From NCBI RefSeq assembly GCF_009914755.1, contig NC_060930.1: a stretch of DNA of 64,000 nucleotides. One strand, given 5' to 3'. Positions within the stretch are counted from its first letter, which is position 1. The number at the start of each line of letters is the position of its first letter. This document shows positions 1-13,410 of the stretch, one piece after another. The position numbers and the translations under genes were made by a program. The notes beneath the pieces are model-generated. The model made no database searches and was not told the origin of the DNA. It saw only the letters and a list, made by a program, of their open reading frames with translations. Origin of the DNA: the human T2T-CHM13v2.0 reference genome, Homo sapiens.

Positions 1-99
1 GAAGTATCGAGAACCTGAGTTGATGACATTGGGAACAAAGCTGCACACTTGAGACACTGTAATCATTTAACAAAAGGTGAAGTTCACACCATACAAGCA

Positions 100-640
100 C
101 TGCAAGAATGTAGAGCAATTAGAATTCTCATAGACTGATGGTGGAAAAGTAAAATGGTACAAACACTTTGGAAAATCTTTAGGTGGTTTCTCAAAAAGTT
201 AAACAAAGTCCTAACATGTGACTCAGCCACCCACTAGTAAGTATTTACCCAAGAGAAATGAAAGAATATGTCTGCATAAAGGCTTGCACATGAATGTTTA
301 TAGCAGCTTTATTTTTAACAGCCAAAAACTAGAAACAATTCAAATATCCATCAACAGTGAATGAGTATACAAATGGTGGTACATCCATATGATAGAATGC
401 TACCCTGAAATTAAAAGCAATGAACTATTGGTACATGCAACACCATGGATATGTCTTCAAATAATTATGCTGAGTGAAAGAAGCCAAACCAAAAAAAAAA
501 AAAAGAGCAAATAGAGCAGTATTCTGTTTATACAAAATCCTTTAAAATGTATAGTGACAGAGAAGATCAACGGTTGGGATTGGGGGTGTAGGAATGAGAG
601 AGAGGAAGGGATTGAAAAGGAACACAATGAAAGTCTTGGA
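100..640 (+). mobile_element. Old L1M (L1MB/MC/ME-type) LINE 3' region, left part; split by the L1PA insertion
   Basis: Degenerate L1 3' motifs (gtatttacccaagagaaatgaaag; gcagctttatt...aaaaactagaaacaa; aaatggtggtacatccata); resumes at ~3390. Confidence 0.8.
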
Positions 641-1269
<629 letters not shown>

Positions 1270-2652
1270 AGCTATTTATTACAAACCCACAGCTAACATC
1301 ATATTTAATGGGCAAAAGCTGGAAGCATTCCCTTTGAAAACCTGTACAAGACAAGGATGCCTTCTTTCACCACTCCTATTCAACATAGTATTGGAAGTTC
1401 TGGCCAGGGTAATCAGGCAAGAGAAAGAAATAAAGGATATTCAAATAGGAAGGGAGAAAGTCAAATTGTCTCTATTTGCAGATGACATGATTTTATATTT
1501 AGAAAACCCCATCATCTCAGCCCCAAAACCTCTGGAACTGATAAGCAACTTCAGCAAAGTCTCAGGATACAAAATCAATGTGCAAAAATCACAAGCATTC
1601 CTTTACACCAATAATAGGCAAGCAAAGAGCCAAATCATTAGTGAACTCCCATTTACAATCTCTACAAAGAGAATAAAATACCTAGGAACACAGCTAACAA
1701 GGGATGTGAAAGACCTCTTCAAGGAGAACTACAAACCACTGCTGAAGGAAATAAGAGAGAGGACACAAACAAATGGAAAAATATTCCATTCTCATGGATA
1801 GGAAGAATCAATATCATGAAAATAACCATACTGCCCAAAGTAATTTACAGATTCAGTACTATTCCCATCAAACTACCATTGACATTCTTCACAGAATTAG
1901 AAAAAGCTATTATAAATATCATATGGAATCAAAGAAGACCAGGTATAGCCAAGACAATCCTAAGCAAGAAGAACAAAGCTGGAGGCATCACGCTACCTGA
2001 CTTCAAACTATACTACAAGGCTACAGTAACCAAAACAGCATGGTACTGGTACCAAAACAGACATATAGACCAATGGAGCAGAACAGAGACCTCAGAAATT
2101 ACACCACACATCTACAACCATCTGATCTTCGACAAACCTGACAAAAACAAGCAATGGGGAAAGGATCACCTATTCAGTAAATGGTGCTGGAAAAACTGGC
2201 TAGCCACATGGAGAAAACTGAAGCTGGATGCCTTGCTTACACCTTACACAAAAATTAACTCAAGATGGATTAAACACTTAAATGTAAAACCCAAAACCAT
2301 AAAAACCCTAGAAGAAAACCTAGGCAATACCATTCAGGACATAGGTATGGGCAAAGACTTCATGACTAAAATGCCAAAAGCAATTACAACAGAAACCAAA
2401 ATTGACAAATGGGATCTAACTAAACTAAAGAGCTTCTGCACAGCAAAAGAAACTATTATCAGAATGAACAGAAAACCTACAGAATGGGAGAAAATTTTTG
2501 CAATCTACCCATCTGACAAAGGTCTAACTTCCAGAATTTACAAGGAACTTAAATATATGCACAGGAAAAAAACAACCCCATCAAAAAGTGGGCAAAGGAT
2601 ACAAACAGATACTTCTCAAAAGAAGACACTTACACAGCCAATAAACATATGA
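1270..2652 (+). pseudogene. Frameshifted L1 ORF2p remnant (RT core and downstream region)
   Basis: ORF 1262..1801 ([29 protein letters not shown]) and ORF 1816..2652 ([16 protein letters not shown]) are in different frames. Confidence 0.93.
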
Positions 2653-3389
2653 AATAAAACTCAACATCACTGATCATCAGAAAAATGCAAATCAAAACCA
2701 CAATGAGATACTATCTCATGCCAGTCAGAATGGTGATTATCAAAAAGTTAAGAAACAATAGATGCTGGTGAGGATGTGGAGAAACAGGAACGCTTTTACA
2801 CTGTTGCTAGGAATGTAAATTAGTTCAACCATTGTGGAAGACAGTATGGCAATTCCTCAAGGATCTATAACGAGAAATACCATTTGGCCCAGGAATCCCA
2901 TTACTAGGTATATACCCAAAGGAATATAAATCAATCTACTAAAAAGATACACACACATGTATGTTTATTGCAGCACTATTTACAATAGCAAAGACTTGGA
3001 AGCAACCCAAATGCCCATCAGTGATAGGCTGGATAAAGAAAATGTGGCACATATACACCATAGAATACTATGCATCCATAAAAACGAATGAGATCATGTC
3101 CTTCGCAGGGACATGGATGAAGCTGGAAGCCATCATCCTTAGCAAACTAACATAGGAACAGAAAACCAAACACTGCATATTCTCACTTATAAGTGGGAGG
3201 TGAATATTGAGAACACATACACACAGAGAGGAGAACAGCACAACCAAGGCCTGTTGGGGGTTGAGAGGAGGGAACTTAGAAGATGGGTCAATAGGTGCAG
3301 CAAACCACCATGGCACATGTATACTCACGTAACAAACCTGCATGTTCTACACATGCATCCCATTTTATTTTAGAAGAAATAAAGAAAGA
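1270..3389 (+). mobile_element. L1PA8-like LINE-1, 3' ~2.1 kb (ORF2 C-terminal part, 3'UTR, A-rich tail)
   Basis: ORF2 translations; 3'UTR ggaacttagaagatgggtcaataggtgcagcaaaccaccatggc resembles L1PA8-era consensus (subfamily from memory). Confidence 0.92.
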
Positions 3390-3540
3390 AAAAGGAACAT
3401 TTGGGGTGATGAATATGCTTCTTATCTTAACTGTGATGATGGTTTCACCAGCACATAGATATGTCAAAAGTCATCAAATTACACACTTTAAAGATGTACT
3501 GTTCATTGTATCAATTATACCTCAATAAACTTGTAATAAA
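3390..3540 (+). mobile_element. Old L1M 3' end, right part
   Basis: ggggtgatgaatatg...gtcaaaagtcatcaaattacacacttt...attatacctcaataaa continues the 100-640 element. Confidence 0.8.
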
Positions 3541-3629
3541 TGAAGGTCAGAAAAAGACCTATAGTACAATAGCAGATAATTTAAAATAATGCCACATGAA
3601 AATAAAATGCCAAGTCCCAATATAGTGTG

Positions 3630-4020
3630 ATTTATTAGTCAGAATAGGCTAAATTGTGTGCTGCAGTAACAAATAACCCTAAGTCACAGTGGCTTGACAC
3701 AACAAAGATTTCTCATTTGTGCAATGTTACCTGCAGTGTCTGGGAGACTTCACAATGTAACGCTTCTCTATGCAGCAATATAGCCATTCATCTTCCGGCT
3801 CTATCCCCTCAACTTGAGGCCTTCTCCGTAATTACTGGGGCAGGGAAGAGAGTACGGGAGGGTCTCACGCAAGCAATTAAATGTTTTAGCCCATAAGTGA
3901 CAGTTCCATTTACAGTTCATAAGTGACTCTTCCACTCTCAGACCTAGTCATATGACCTCACCTAACTACAAGGGTAATTTCCTGAGTGCTCAGAAAGAAA
4001 GGGGAATCAGAAATGAATGC
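3630..4020 (-). mobile_element. MaLR LTR (MLT1J/K-like), degenerate
   Basis: tattagtcagaataggcta...tgctgcagtaacaaataacccta...gtggcttgacacaacaaag. Confidence 0.65.
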
Positions 4021-4604
4021 ATCTGAGAAGATTTTACCATTCATGGCTTGAAGAAAAAATACATCATCTTTGCCATCCCAAAATGAACATCAGGCTTCAG
4101 AGAGAGAAGAGATTTGCAAGATTCAAACCCAAATTTTCAAATATTATTTAAGACTAAACAGAAGTTTATGGTTCTTTAATAAAACTTATGTAATAAGGAT
4201 GTTGGGTTAAGTTAGCTGAATACAGTATAAATAAGGAAAAACTTGAGGTAAACATAAAGAAAGGGCTGGTCCAGAGATGAGTCTGATTTTCTAGCCTCAG
4301 CCAGACTTTGCCCCTGGTCTCACAGGAAGGGAGAATTGTGAAGGTTTAGCATAAACCCTTCTTCACTGTGACAGTAAGCTGTGGCTTTGGCACATAACCC
4401 AAACACAGAGCATTCTTGGAAGCTGGGCTAGGCCATCTAAACTGTTCTTTTCTCTTAACCCAAGAAGGGCTAATGAACCTCAGTCCAAAGCATGACTTGC
4501 TTTGCCCAGTTTAAGCCCTCAGTACTCAAACTCAGGTCTCAGATCTTGCCACTAATCATTACAAAACAAACCAAAGCAAACTTAAACCTCCATACCTGGG
4601 GAGG

Positions 4605-4624
4605 GGAGAGAGAGAGACAGAGAC

Positions 4625-4659
<35 letters not shown>

Positions 4660-4662
4660 GAG
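4605..4662. repeat. (GA)n/(GACA)n microsatellite
   Basis: Seen directly. Confidence 0.95.
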
Positions 4663-5696
4663 ACCCAGTGGCTAGTTAGACTGGACCTAGCCAACACAGA
4701 GGAGGATAGCCAGGGGAACTAGCTAGGCTCCCGACAAGAAGCAGTGCTTGTCCCTTCCACTCCAGCCAGGAAGAAGGGAGTAAGCAGTTAGCCACTTGCC
4801 AGATAGACAAACTGGATCAGTACTCTTGTCATTTAAGGGTATAGAGAACAGGAAGATGGGGAGAGAGAAAGAACAGCACCTTACAGCATACCAGGGTTGT
4901 TGTAAGGTTTAAATAAGTTAATACATTAAGTTAGAATAGTGCCTGGTACAGGTGCCTTAGCTACTATCATTATTACTCTCGTTTTTACTACTATTAAGCA
5001 GACTTTACGAATGCTGAATTTCATAGTCTAGATTTTATAGCCTTAAGTGCATTTTGCTTTTCAAGTTTCCCTCTATTGCACTCATAATATATTTCTCATA
5101 TGTTACCTGTTTTCAGTAATCTGCAAATCTTGAAAATTGCCATTTTGATATCTTTAGCTGCTGCTTTGGAAATAACTGTTACTGACACATAGTTAAGATT
5201 TATCTCCAAAACAGCAATTCAAATTAATATTATGCCCATTTTTTCCAATAGACCAAAATGGAGATCTATGTGTTTGTTATAAAATATTGGTCTTCAATTT
5301 TCTAATAGAATGTTGATATTCAAGAATACCTGAGCAGAATAACATTAACACAGATTATATCATCTTGGCTTCCCCCAAACCAGTTTCTTTGTACAGAAAA
5401 ACTAAACAAAAAGAAAACGAACCAGCAAATACATACATTCTCTCTGTCTCTGTCTCTGTCTGTCTCTTTCTCTCCCTTTAACTCACACTGACACATGCAG
5501 ACTCACATGCACACACACAGAAACACATACACATTATTATGTACCTGGGAGTCCCTGTGACCTACCAGGGCTCACTCACTGGGAGGATATAATACGCACC
5601 CAGTAGTAGTTTGCATTTAAGGATGGTCTGCAAAACTGAATTATTCCCTAAAAAAAGTATAAGAAAGGAATTTGTTAGGATAAACTCCAGAGATAT

Positions 5697-6088
5697 TGCC
5701 TTAGTCCGTTTTGTGTTGCTGTAACAAAATACCTGAGACTGGGTAATTTATAAAGAAAAGAGATTTATTTAGCTCACAGTTCTTCAGACTGGGAAGTTCA
5801 AGGTTGAGCAGCTACATCTGGTAGCCTCTGGTGAGGGCCCTGTGCTGTGTCAAAACATGGTGGAGAAATGGAAGGACAAAACATGAAAGGCAACCTCACT
5901 TTATAAGAATTTGCTCTCTCAGAAACTAATCCATTCCCACAAAAACTAATCCAGTCTTGGGAGAAAGACATTAATCCATATTAATGACCTAATCACCTTT
6001 TAAAGGCACCACCTCCCAACACTAGCACACTGGGGACCAAGATTCAACACGAGTTTTGGTGGAGATTAACCAAATTCAAACCATAGCA
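5697..6088 (-). mobile_element. MaLR solo LTR (MST family)
   Basis: tgccttagtccgttttgtgttgctgtaacaaaatacctgagactgggtaatttat...caaaccatagca; TSD GATAT/CATAT. Confidence 0.85.
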
Positions 6089-7472
6089 CATATTCATAAA
6101 CTACAAGACCAACATTTCCAGCCAGAGTAGTGGCTGGATGAACATATTTGAACACAGACATGAATGCAAGGGAAAGAAGGGCCTACAGTCACTAAGAGAA
6201 TTCTGAGTACAGTCACTTATCAGGTGCTGCACGTTGGGTGGGAGGAAAAGGCTCTATGTATTACAGGCTGTCTGAATATGCAGGAGAGAACTGTGTGCCA
6301 CAGACCTCCTTTTGTCTCAGCTTAAATTGTAGCGTAACCAAACACAACAAAGATTACAGTACCTTGCAGTAGGGTGTTACTGTACTATTGAAATAAGCCT
6401 TGTATCAAAAGAATAATTGCCCCTAGATTTTAAAAATTACTATTATTAGGGAAAACACACAGTAAATGAGCATGAGACAGTACTGTTACTTTTACTGGAA
6501 GGGTGTTAAATTTGCATTTTGCAAATATTATAAACAGGATAAATATGAAAACTATGGCAGAAGGTAAAGACAACTAAATAATAATTTGAGAACATTTTGA
6601 TAAATCATATTTCCACTATTGTGGATGACCATCCACTTTATTACTGAAATGTCTGACAGCTGATAACATCAATTTTTGTGGCTGAGGCATTTAATTACTA
6701 TGTGACAGGTGTCACTGAATGGGTTGGTACTAAACCAGCAGAATTTCCATGCCATGCAAAGTGCTTGTGAAATCCAGTCTGCCTGGGGCTTGCAGATTGC
6801 ACTTAACTCCAGGATCCTGTGACTATTTGTGACCTTCTTCCTCCTGCCATAGGGCCACCTTCTCTATCCAGGCAGCCAACTGTGTTTGCTGGGGGTTTTG
6901 GTTGTGGCATCAGAGGGAATCAGGGAGGCAGGGACCTTAGAAGCCATCTTTTGCAACTCCCTTGGGTTTCCATGATATCAGGTCTCAGAGAAAGAGGGAC
7001 ACTTATTCGAGACTGCACAGCTAGTAAATAGGGAAGACAGATTTGGAACTCAGTTTACCAGGGCTTCTTACCACATAAGGTGTTCAGCATTCTGTCAGCT
7101 ACACAGGCCCAGGTGTGTTCTTGCCTGTCTTTATAGCCCCTCTCTGCCCCTCCCTCTGCTCTCAGACATGTCCCTTCCTTACATCTTAGGAACACAGCTG
7201 GGCCAGCACTCCATCACCAACCCTGGTGCCCAGGCTGAGCTCCGAGCATTATTAGGGGTGGTGACACAAGCCTGACCTTTGGCAAACAGGGTGCTGATGG
7301 AGCTGTTTTCAGAGCCTGACACTCTCTTCTGGACACAAGCTCAGACGGGATAGTCCCACAGCTCCAGAGTTCTTGCCCTTTGATGTGATGAGGGGAAGGG
7401 ATTGTGAACCCCACGCTCTGCTTATCATTCTCTCAAGGCTCAAAGTGTGGCTGCCTTTCCTCTTTCTTTCAG

Positions 7473-7726
7473 AGCTTCACAAGACAAAATGATACTACCA
7501 AGGAGGCAGAGTCTGGTGGCAGCTTCCAGGTCTATTGTTGTAGACAACTCTCTTTGGCTAAGCATTCAGGGAGTTGGTAGACAAGTTGAGCCATCATCCC
7601 TAACACCAGAGCCAAACTCTCCTGAGCTCTGTAATTTAGTCCAGGACCTCTTTCATATCTTGTTCAGTGCATTCAGCATCATCTTCAACAACAAAATCAT
7701 GCTGTTGGCCATCCTAAGGTCTTTAG
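7473..7726 (+). other. Candidate 254-nt exon in non-repeat sequence, open in one frame
   Basis: Acceptor cctttcctctttctttcag|A and donor TAG|gtaaag; lies within ORF 7447..7794; no homology recognised. Confidence 0.3.
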
Positions 7727-8014
7727 GTAAAGCTTTTAGTGCAATGAGTCAAAAGAGTTTTCTACCTCCTCCATTTACGTTTAAGATAGATTAATGAGTT
7801 AAAAGTTTTGAAATTATTTTATTAAAAAATTAGAAGAAAATACAAGTGAGTATCTACCTCTTAAATCTCTGGGGTAAGGAAGACTTTCTAAAAGCAATGG
7901 ACAAAGTTACAAAGGTACATAAGAAATTAAAGCATGTGTGCCAAAACAAGCCCTGCCAGAAACAAAACTAAAAGACAAAGAACATAGCAGAGAAAATATT
8001 TAAAATATATATGA

Positions 8015-8378
8015 TGTATCACTCAGCCATAAAAAGGAATGAATTAATGGCATTCGTAGCAACCTGGATGGGATTGGAGACTAGTATTCTAAGTGAAGTA
8101 ACTCAGGAATGGGAAACCAAACATCATATGTTCTCAATTGTAAGTGGGAGCTAAGCAATGAGGATGCAAAGGCATAAGAAAGACACTATGGGGACATGGG
8201 GGAAAGGATGGGAAGGGGGTGAGGGATATAAGACCACAAATAGGGTTCAGTATATACTGCTCTGGAGATGGGTGCACCAAAATCTCATGAATCACCACTA
8301 AAGAACTTACTCATGTAACCAAACAGCACCTGTTCCCCAAAATCCTATGGAAATAAAAAGTTAAAAAAAATTAAAATA
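8015..8378 (+). mobile_element. L1PB-type LINE 3' end inserted into an older L1ME fragment
   Basis: cagccataaaaaggaatgaattaatggcattc...aaagaacttactcatgtaaccaaac; TSD taaaatat(a/g)tatga at ~8001 and ~8688. Confidence 0.85.
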
Positions 8379-8685
8379 GGCTGGGTGCAGTGGCTCACAC
8401 CTGTAATCCCAGCACTTTGGGAGGCCAAGGTGGGTGGATCTCCTGAGGTCAGGAGTTCAAGACCGGCCTGGCCAACACAGCAAAACCCTGTCTTTACTAA
8501 AAATACAAAAATTAGCTGGGCGTGGTGGTGCGCGCCTGTAATCCCAGCTACTCAGGAGGCTGAGGCAGGGAGAATCCCTTGAACCCAGGAGGCAGAGGTT
8601 GCAGTGAGCTGAGATCATGCCATTGCACTCCAGCCTGGGCTAACAAAGCAAGACTCCATCTAAAAAAAATTAAAATAAATATATA
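8379..8685 (+). mobile_element. AluS inserted in the L1PB poly(A) tail
   Basis: Full dimeric Alu; TSD aaaaaaattaaaata on both sides. Confidence 0.95.
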
Positions 8686-9080
8686 AATAAAATATGTATG
8701 ACAAAGGGTTTACTCTCTTACATATGAAGAATTTTTACAAATCAAGAAAATGTTAATGAACCCAACAGGAAAATTGACAAAAATATAAAAGCTATTTCCT
8801 GAAGGAAAATGAATGACTCTTGGATTGTATTGCCAAAGAAATGTGACTTAAAATGAGATGCCATTTCTTATCTAGCAAGTCAGGTAATTTTTAAAATGAA
8901 AGTATAAAATATTGACAAAGCAATAATCATAAAGTCTGTTGGGTTTTAAATATGTGTAGAACTAAAATAAAACATTATTAAATTTTGTTGTCTAAGAGTA
9001 GAAATGTGTGAATCAGGAAAAAACTGTATGGTGGAAAAGTTAACAAAGCCTTTGCAGTGTCTGGGAAATCGTGACAGTAC

Positions 9081-9470
9081 TGTATTAGTTTCGTAGGGTT
9101 CCATCACAAATTACCACAAACTGCATGGCTTAAAACAACGGAAACTTATTCTCTCACAGTCCAGGAGGACAGCAATCTGAAAACAAGTTTTCTATAGGGC
9201 TGAGATCTCTCTGAAGGCTCTACGGCTGAATCCGTCCTTTCCCCTTCCAGCTTTGGGTGGCTCCAGACATTCCTTGGCCCACGGCTTCATAACTCCAATC
9301 CCTGTTTCCTTTTTCACATGGCCTTCTCTCTGTCTTCTCTTCTGTTTCTTACAAGGATGTCTATCATTAGATTTAGGGCCCACCAAGATAATCCAGGATG
9401 ATCTTGACTCAAGATTCTTAATTACATATCCAAAGAGCCTTTTCCTAAATAAGATCACATTCACACATAT
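9081..9470 (-). mobile_element. MaLR LTR (MLT1B/C-like)
   Basis: tgtattagtttc...aattaccacaaactgcatggcttaaaacaac...gataatccaggatgatct. Confidence 0.8.
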
Positions 9471-9539
9471 GTTTTATTCAGCTTTTATTGCTGTTCTGTG
9501 TGGGAGAACTGGTTTATTACAGACTAGCCCATCATAGTC

Positions 9540-9990
9540 AGAAATCTCTAATATGTTTTTAATGGGTATCATTCTATTTGAATGTGTTTCTGCAGAATGT
9601 ATGTTTTCTATGCATATATTTTATATTTACATTAATGGCTGTGTGCTGTGTGAGATCACATTGAATTCCTTACCTTTTTCTCTCAGCACCATGCCTTTAA
9701 GCTATGTTTGTAGCAACGTGAGTATCTAAATTTTGCTCCTCACTGTTGAATCTCACCGTGTGCTTTTACCACATTCTGGTCTCCGGGTAAAGAAGCCCAG
9801 ATGGCTTTCAACTTCCTAACACCACAAACAGTATCAGAATGAACATTCCCAGGTATTTTTGAACTATATATACCTAGGAGCAGAATTACTAGGTCATTTG
9901 ACCCAGAATTTCTCAGTCAAATAATGATGACGTTTGACTAAGTAGTATTAAATAGCTTTCCCAAATGGCTTTATCTCTACCTCAATTTTC
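9540..9990 (-). mobile_element. Old L1ME fragment
   Basis: tatatacctaggagcagaattactaggtcat and related antisense L1 3' motifs. Confidence 0.55.
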
Positions 9991-10511
9991 CAGTATTATG
10001 GAAGAGTATTTGGAATTTTCTGTACAGCAGAATAGATACAGTAGTGATGCTAATCATTGTGGTCTCATCCCCCACACCTGCTTCCTGCTCTGGAATCCTT
10101 AGTTTTACCACATTAACTGGTCCCCACAAGCCACAGCTGATTGACAAAGCCAGGCTCTAGGTCATGCTGAGCCACTTAGATTCTTTCTACCAAGAATTTT
10201 GGATAAGAACACTAAAAAGCCCAGTTAGAAAATAGTGGACACAAGGGGGAATCAGTTGAGAGAGAGAGAAAATTTGGGGAATGGAGGCTGGCACATACAC
10301 ATGGCTTCATTAGAGATGGAGGGAGCAGTTTATCTCTGTAATTCTCTGGACTTGGTCATCATGGATGTGGCTGAATTTTGGTTTCCATTTTGGATGTCTA
10401 CCAGGATAATTGTTTGTTGAATCCTTAAAAAAAAAAATCTTGACTTCACCTATACTAGCTAAATCGGCTAAGTTTCTAGCAACCAAATAGCTCCTAAGAA
10501 AATATGTAAAG

Positions 10512-10667
10512 TTGGGCTCAGTGGCATGTGCCTCTAGTCCCAGTTACTCAGGAGGCTGAGGCAGGAGGATCACATGAACCCAGGAGTCTGGAAATGCAGT
10601 GCACTCTGATTGTGCCTGTGAGTAGCCACTGCACTCCAGCCTAGGCAACACTGTGGGACTCCATCTC
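10512..10667 (+). mobile_element. Alu monomer (FLAM/FRAM-type)
   Basis: Single Alu arm: gtcccagttactcaggaggctgaggcaggaggatc...cactgcactccagcctaggcaac. Confidence 0.85.
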
Positions 10668-10770
10668 GGAGGGAGAGAGGGAGGGAAAGAGAGAGGGAAG
10701 GAGGGAGGGAGGGAAGGAGGAAGGAAGGAAGGAAGGAAGGAAGGAAGGAAGGAAGGAAGGAAGGAAGGAA
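10668..10770. repeat. Purine tract ending in (GGAA)13
   Basis: Uninterrupted GGAA repeats at 10719-10770, replacing the monomer tail. Confidence 0.95.
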
Positions 10771-12089
10771 GATGCATAATATTTTCCTGCCTTAGTAGAC
10801 AGAGCACATTGTTTTTGTAAATAAAGTTTTATTGGTGCATAGCCATCTTATTCATTTATACATTTCCTATGGTGCTTTCAAACTCCCCTAGAGAGCTGGA
10901 ATTCTCTAGCAACTGGTTTTATCTCTTCCCTCCTTATGGTCATCCGCTCTTTGTTGTTCCTTTTCCTTTGGTAGGGTTGCAGCACCATGGTTAGTTCCTC
11001 CTGTATCTGGCACCTCTTCTGCTATCCGCTGGGCCCTCCCCCTTGCTGTGGCTTTCTTCCCTCTTTCCCCTGCAGCTTCTTACTTTGCACTTTTGCCTTG
11101 GAACACTGGACTTTTAGGGCCAGCATCAGTCATCCTATGCTGTGCTGGGGAGCTGTCCAGACACTCTGCATCTTTGTCAGTCGTCTCATTTGACATTCTC
11201 ATTGATTACTTTCATCATAAATTAGTTTTCTCTTCGGATCCTCTACATCGTGGAAAGTTCTGGGAACCAAGCAGTGGAAAACTACAAAGGATTTCAACAG
11301 TTCTCCAGGATACATGAGATACCAGGCACTGGAACGGGGGAACCCCTGCATCTTCACTCAGACTCTGCTCAGGCACCTCCCCAAGCCTCTTCCTGTACTG
11401 CCCCAACTCCACACAGGGAAGGGACAGGCCAGGGTCCAGATAGGCACCTCTGCAGATTGTCTTGGCACACAGAGACCTCACCCTGAAGTACATCCTGCCC
11501 TTTAGAATTATCAGTCTAGCCATCTTTGGGGTGAGAGATATGAGACAAGGAAGAGGCCCTAGATACCCAGGTCCATCTAAAGTCTTCCAAGACGTAGGTT
11601 TATACAAAACAGCCCTAGGCAGATCATGAAGGTTGTGATTTCTGCTAATTGGTGGCTGGTGTCCTGGGAGTTGGACTGGGGCCTCAGCCCTTGCTCTTCT
11701 CCTGAATGGCCATGTGACCTCAGATAAGGCCTTTCACCTCTCTGGCCCTCAGCTTGTTCATCAGCAATGAGGGGTTTTTGACTGAGATGAGTTCTAACCC
11801 TGCCACTCTGTTCAGAGCAGTTGACTGGCCAAGATCCTGTCTGTGAGGGAGCATAGAGAGAAGCTATGTTGGCTGGGAACGAGCCCATTCCTTGGGATCT
11901 CAGGGATGTCCCTTGCTTAAATATCTTGGGAGGGGGTTTATTATACCCAAAGGCTGCTCTGTGCTTTCTGGCTTTGACTGCAGCAGAAATGCTTTGAAAC
12001 TTGATGGGATTTCATATTCTAGCAATTCCTTCCCCCAAAAGGCTCCAACTACATTGGAGAAAGGTCTATGAACAGCAGAGAAGTGTTCT

Positions 12090-13410
12090 TTTCACATCAG
12101 TTGTTCTGCTTAAACCCCCAGTAGCTCCCCATTGTCACTAAAATAAAGTCAAATTCATTAACATGACTAATAAGGGTTTATGAAGAAAAACCATTAATAA
12201 TTTGATCCCTGCTGACTTCTTCCCACTGATCTCTCCCTGGATATGCCTAATGTCTTTCAGTTTTTAAATACGCTGGCTTCTATCTATCTCCAAGATTTTG
12301 TGTGTACTGTTACCTCTTGCCTGAACTATTTTCATCTCGCTGCTCCCACGTCTTCCCAACTGGTGACTCATACTCAGGTCTTAGCTTCCATGTTCCTCCA
12401 TCTTACTCAGATCTTAGAGTTCATGTTCCTCCATCTTACTCAGATCTTAGAGTTCATGTTCCTCCTTTGTACAGATCTTAGAGTTCATGTTCCTCCTTCA
12501 TACTCAGATCTTAGAGTTCATGTTCCTCCTTCATACTCAGATCTTAGAGTTCATGTTCCTCCTTTGTACAGATCTTAGTGTTCATGTTCCTCCTTCGTAC
12601 TCAGATCTTAGAGTTCATGTTCCTCCTTTGTACAGATCTTAGTGTTCATGTTCCTCCTTCGTACTCAGATCTTAGAGTTCATGTTCCTCCTTCATACTCA
12701 GATCTTAGAGTTCATGTTCCTCCTTCGTACTCAGATCTTAGTGTTCACGTTCCTCCTTCGTACTCAGATCTTAGAGTTCATGTTCCTCCTTCGTACTCAG
12801 ATCTTAGAGTTCATGTTCCTCCTTCGTACTCAGATCTTAGTGTTCATGTTCCTCCTTCGTACTCAGATCTTAGAGTTCATGTTCCTCCTTTGTACTCAGA
12901 TCTTAGTGTTCATGTTCCTCCTTCGTACTCAGATCTTAGAGTTCATGTTCCTCCTTCACACTCAGATCTTAGTGTTCATGTTCCTCCTTCATACTCAGAT
13001 CTTAGAGTTCATGTTCCTCCTTCTTACTCAGATCTTAGTGTTCACGTTCCTCCTTCATACTCAGATCTTAGAGTTCACATTCCTCCTTCATACTCAGATC
13101 TTAGAGTTCATGTTCCTCCTTCATACTCAGGTCTTAGAGTTCATGTTCCTCCTTCATACTCAGGTCTTAGCTTGTATATTCCTCCAGCTTAGATCAGATT
13201 AGGTCTCCATGAGGTGTTCCTGAAGTGCCCTGAACTCCATCACCCCAACTGGTATTCTTCCCCTTTCATAATAATTATTTGTTAAATTGTCTGTCTCCTT
13301 TCCAAACTGTTAGCTACAAGAAACCTTGCCCTTTATCACCACTGTGTGCTAAGATTTTTGACAAACCTGGTCTACAGAAGGTACTAAAAAATGTACATGT
13401 TAAATGAGGG
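12090..13410 (+). mobile_element. L2 LINE 3' fragment hosting the VNTR
   Basis: ctccccattgtcactaaaataaagtcaaa on the left; ttgtctgtctcct...cctggtctacagaaggtactaaaaaatgtacatgttaaatga on the right. Confidence 0.65.
12371..13186. repeat. Minisatellite/VNTR, ~25 copies of a 33-bp unit (TACTCAGATCTTAGWGTTCATGTTCCTCCTTCR), including three 31-bp variants
   Basis: Directly visible; gives 11-aa periodic ORFs (SYSDLRVHVPP / LRTQILEFMFL). Confidence 0.97.

Noticed and set aside
7500-7715. Minus-strand acidic peptide (QQHDFVVEDDAECTEQDMKEVLD) as a processed pseudogene
   Set aside because: Interrupted by stops, no recognisable parent gene, no poly-A or TSD; a tBLASTx search would be needed to revive it.
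12371-13186. CRISPR-like array
   Set aside because: Units are head-to-tail with no unique spacers, there are no cas genes, and the context is primate DNA; it is a minisatellite.
12243-13202. 111-204 aa ORFs as protein-coding genes
   Set aside because: They are open only because the 33-bp unit lacks stops in two frames; I see no splice or promoter support.
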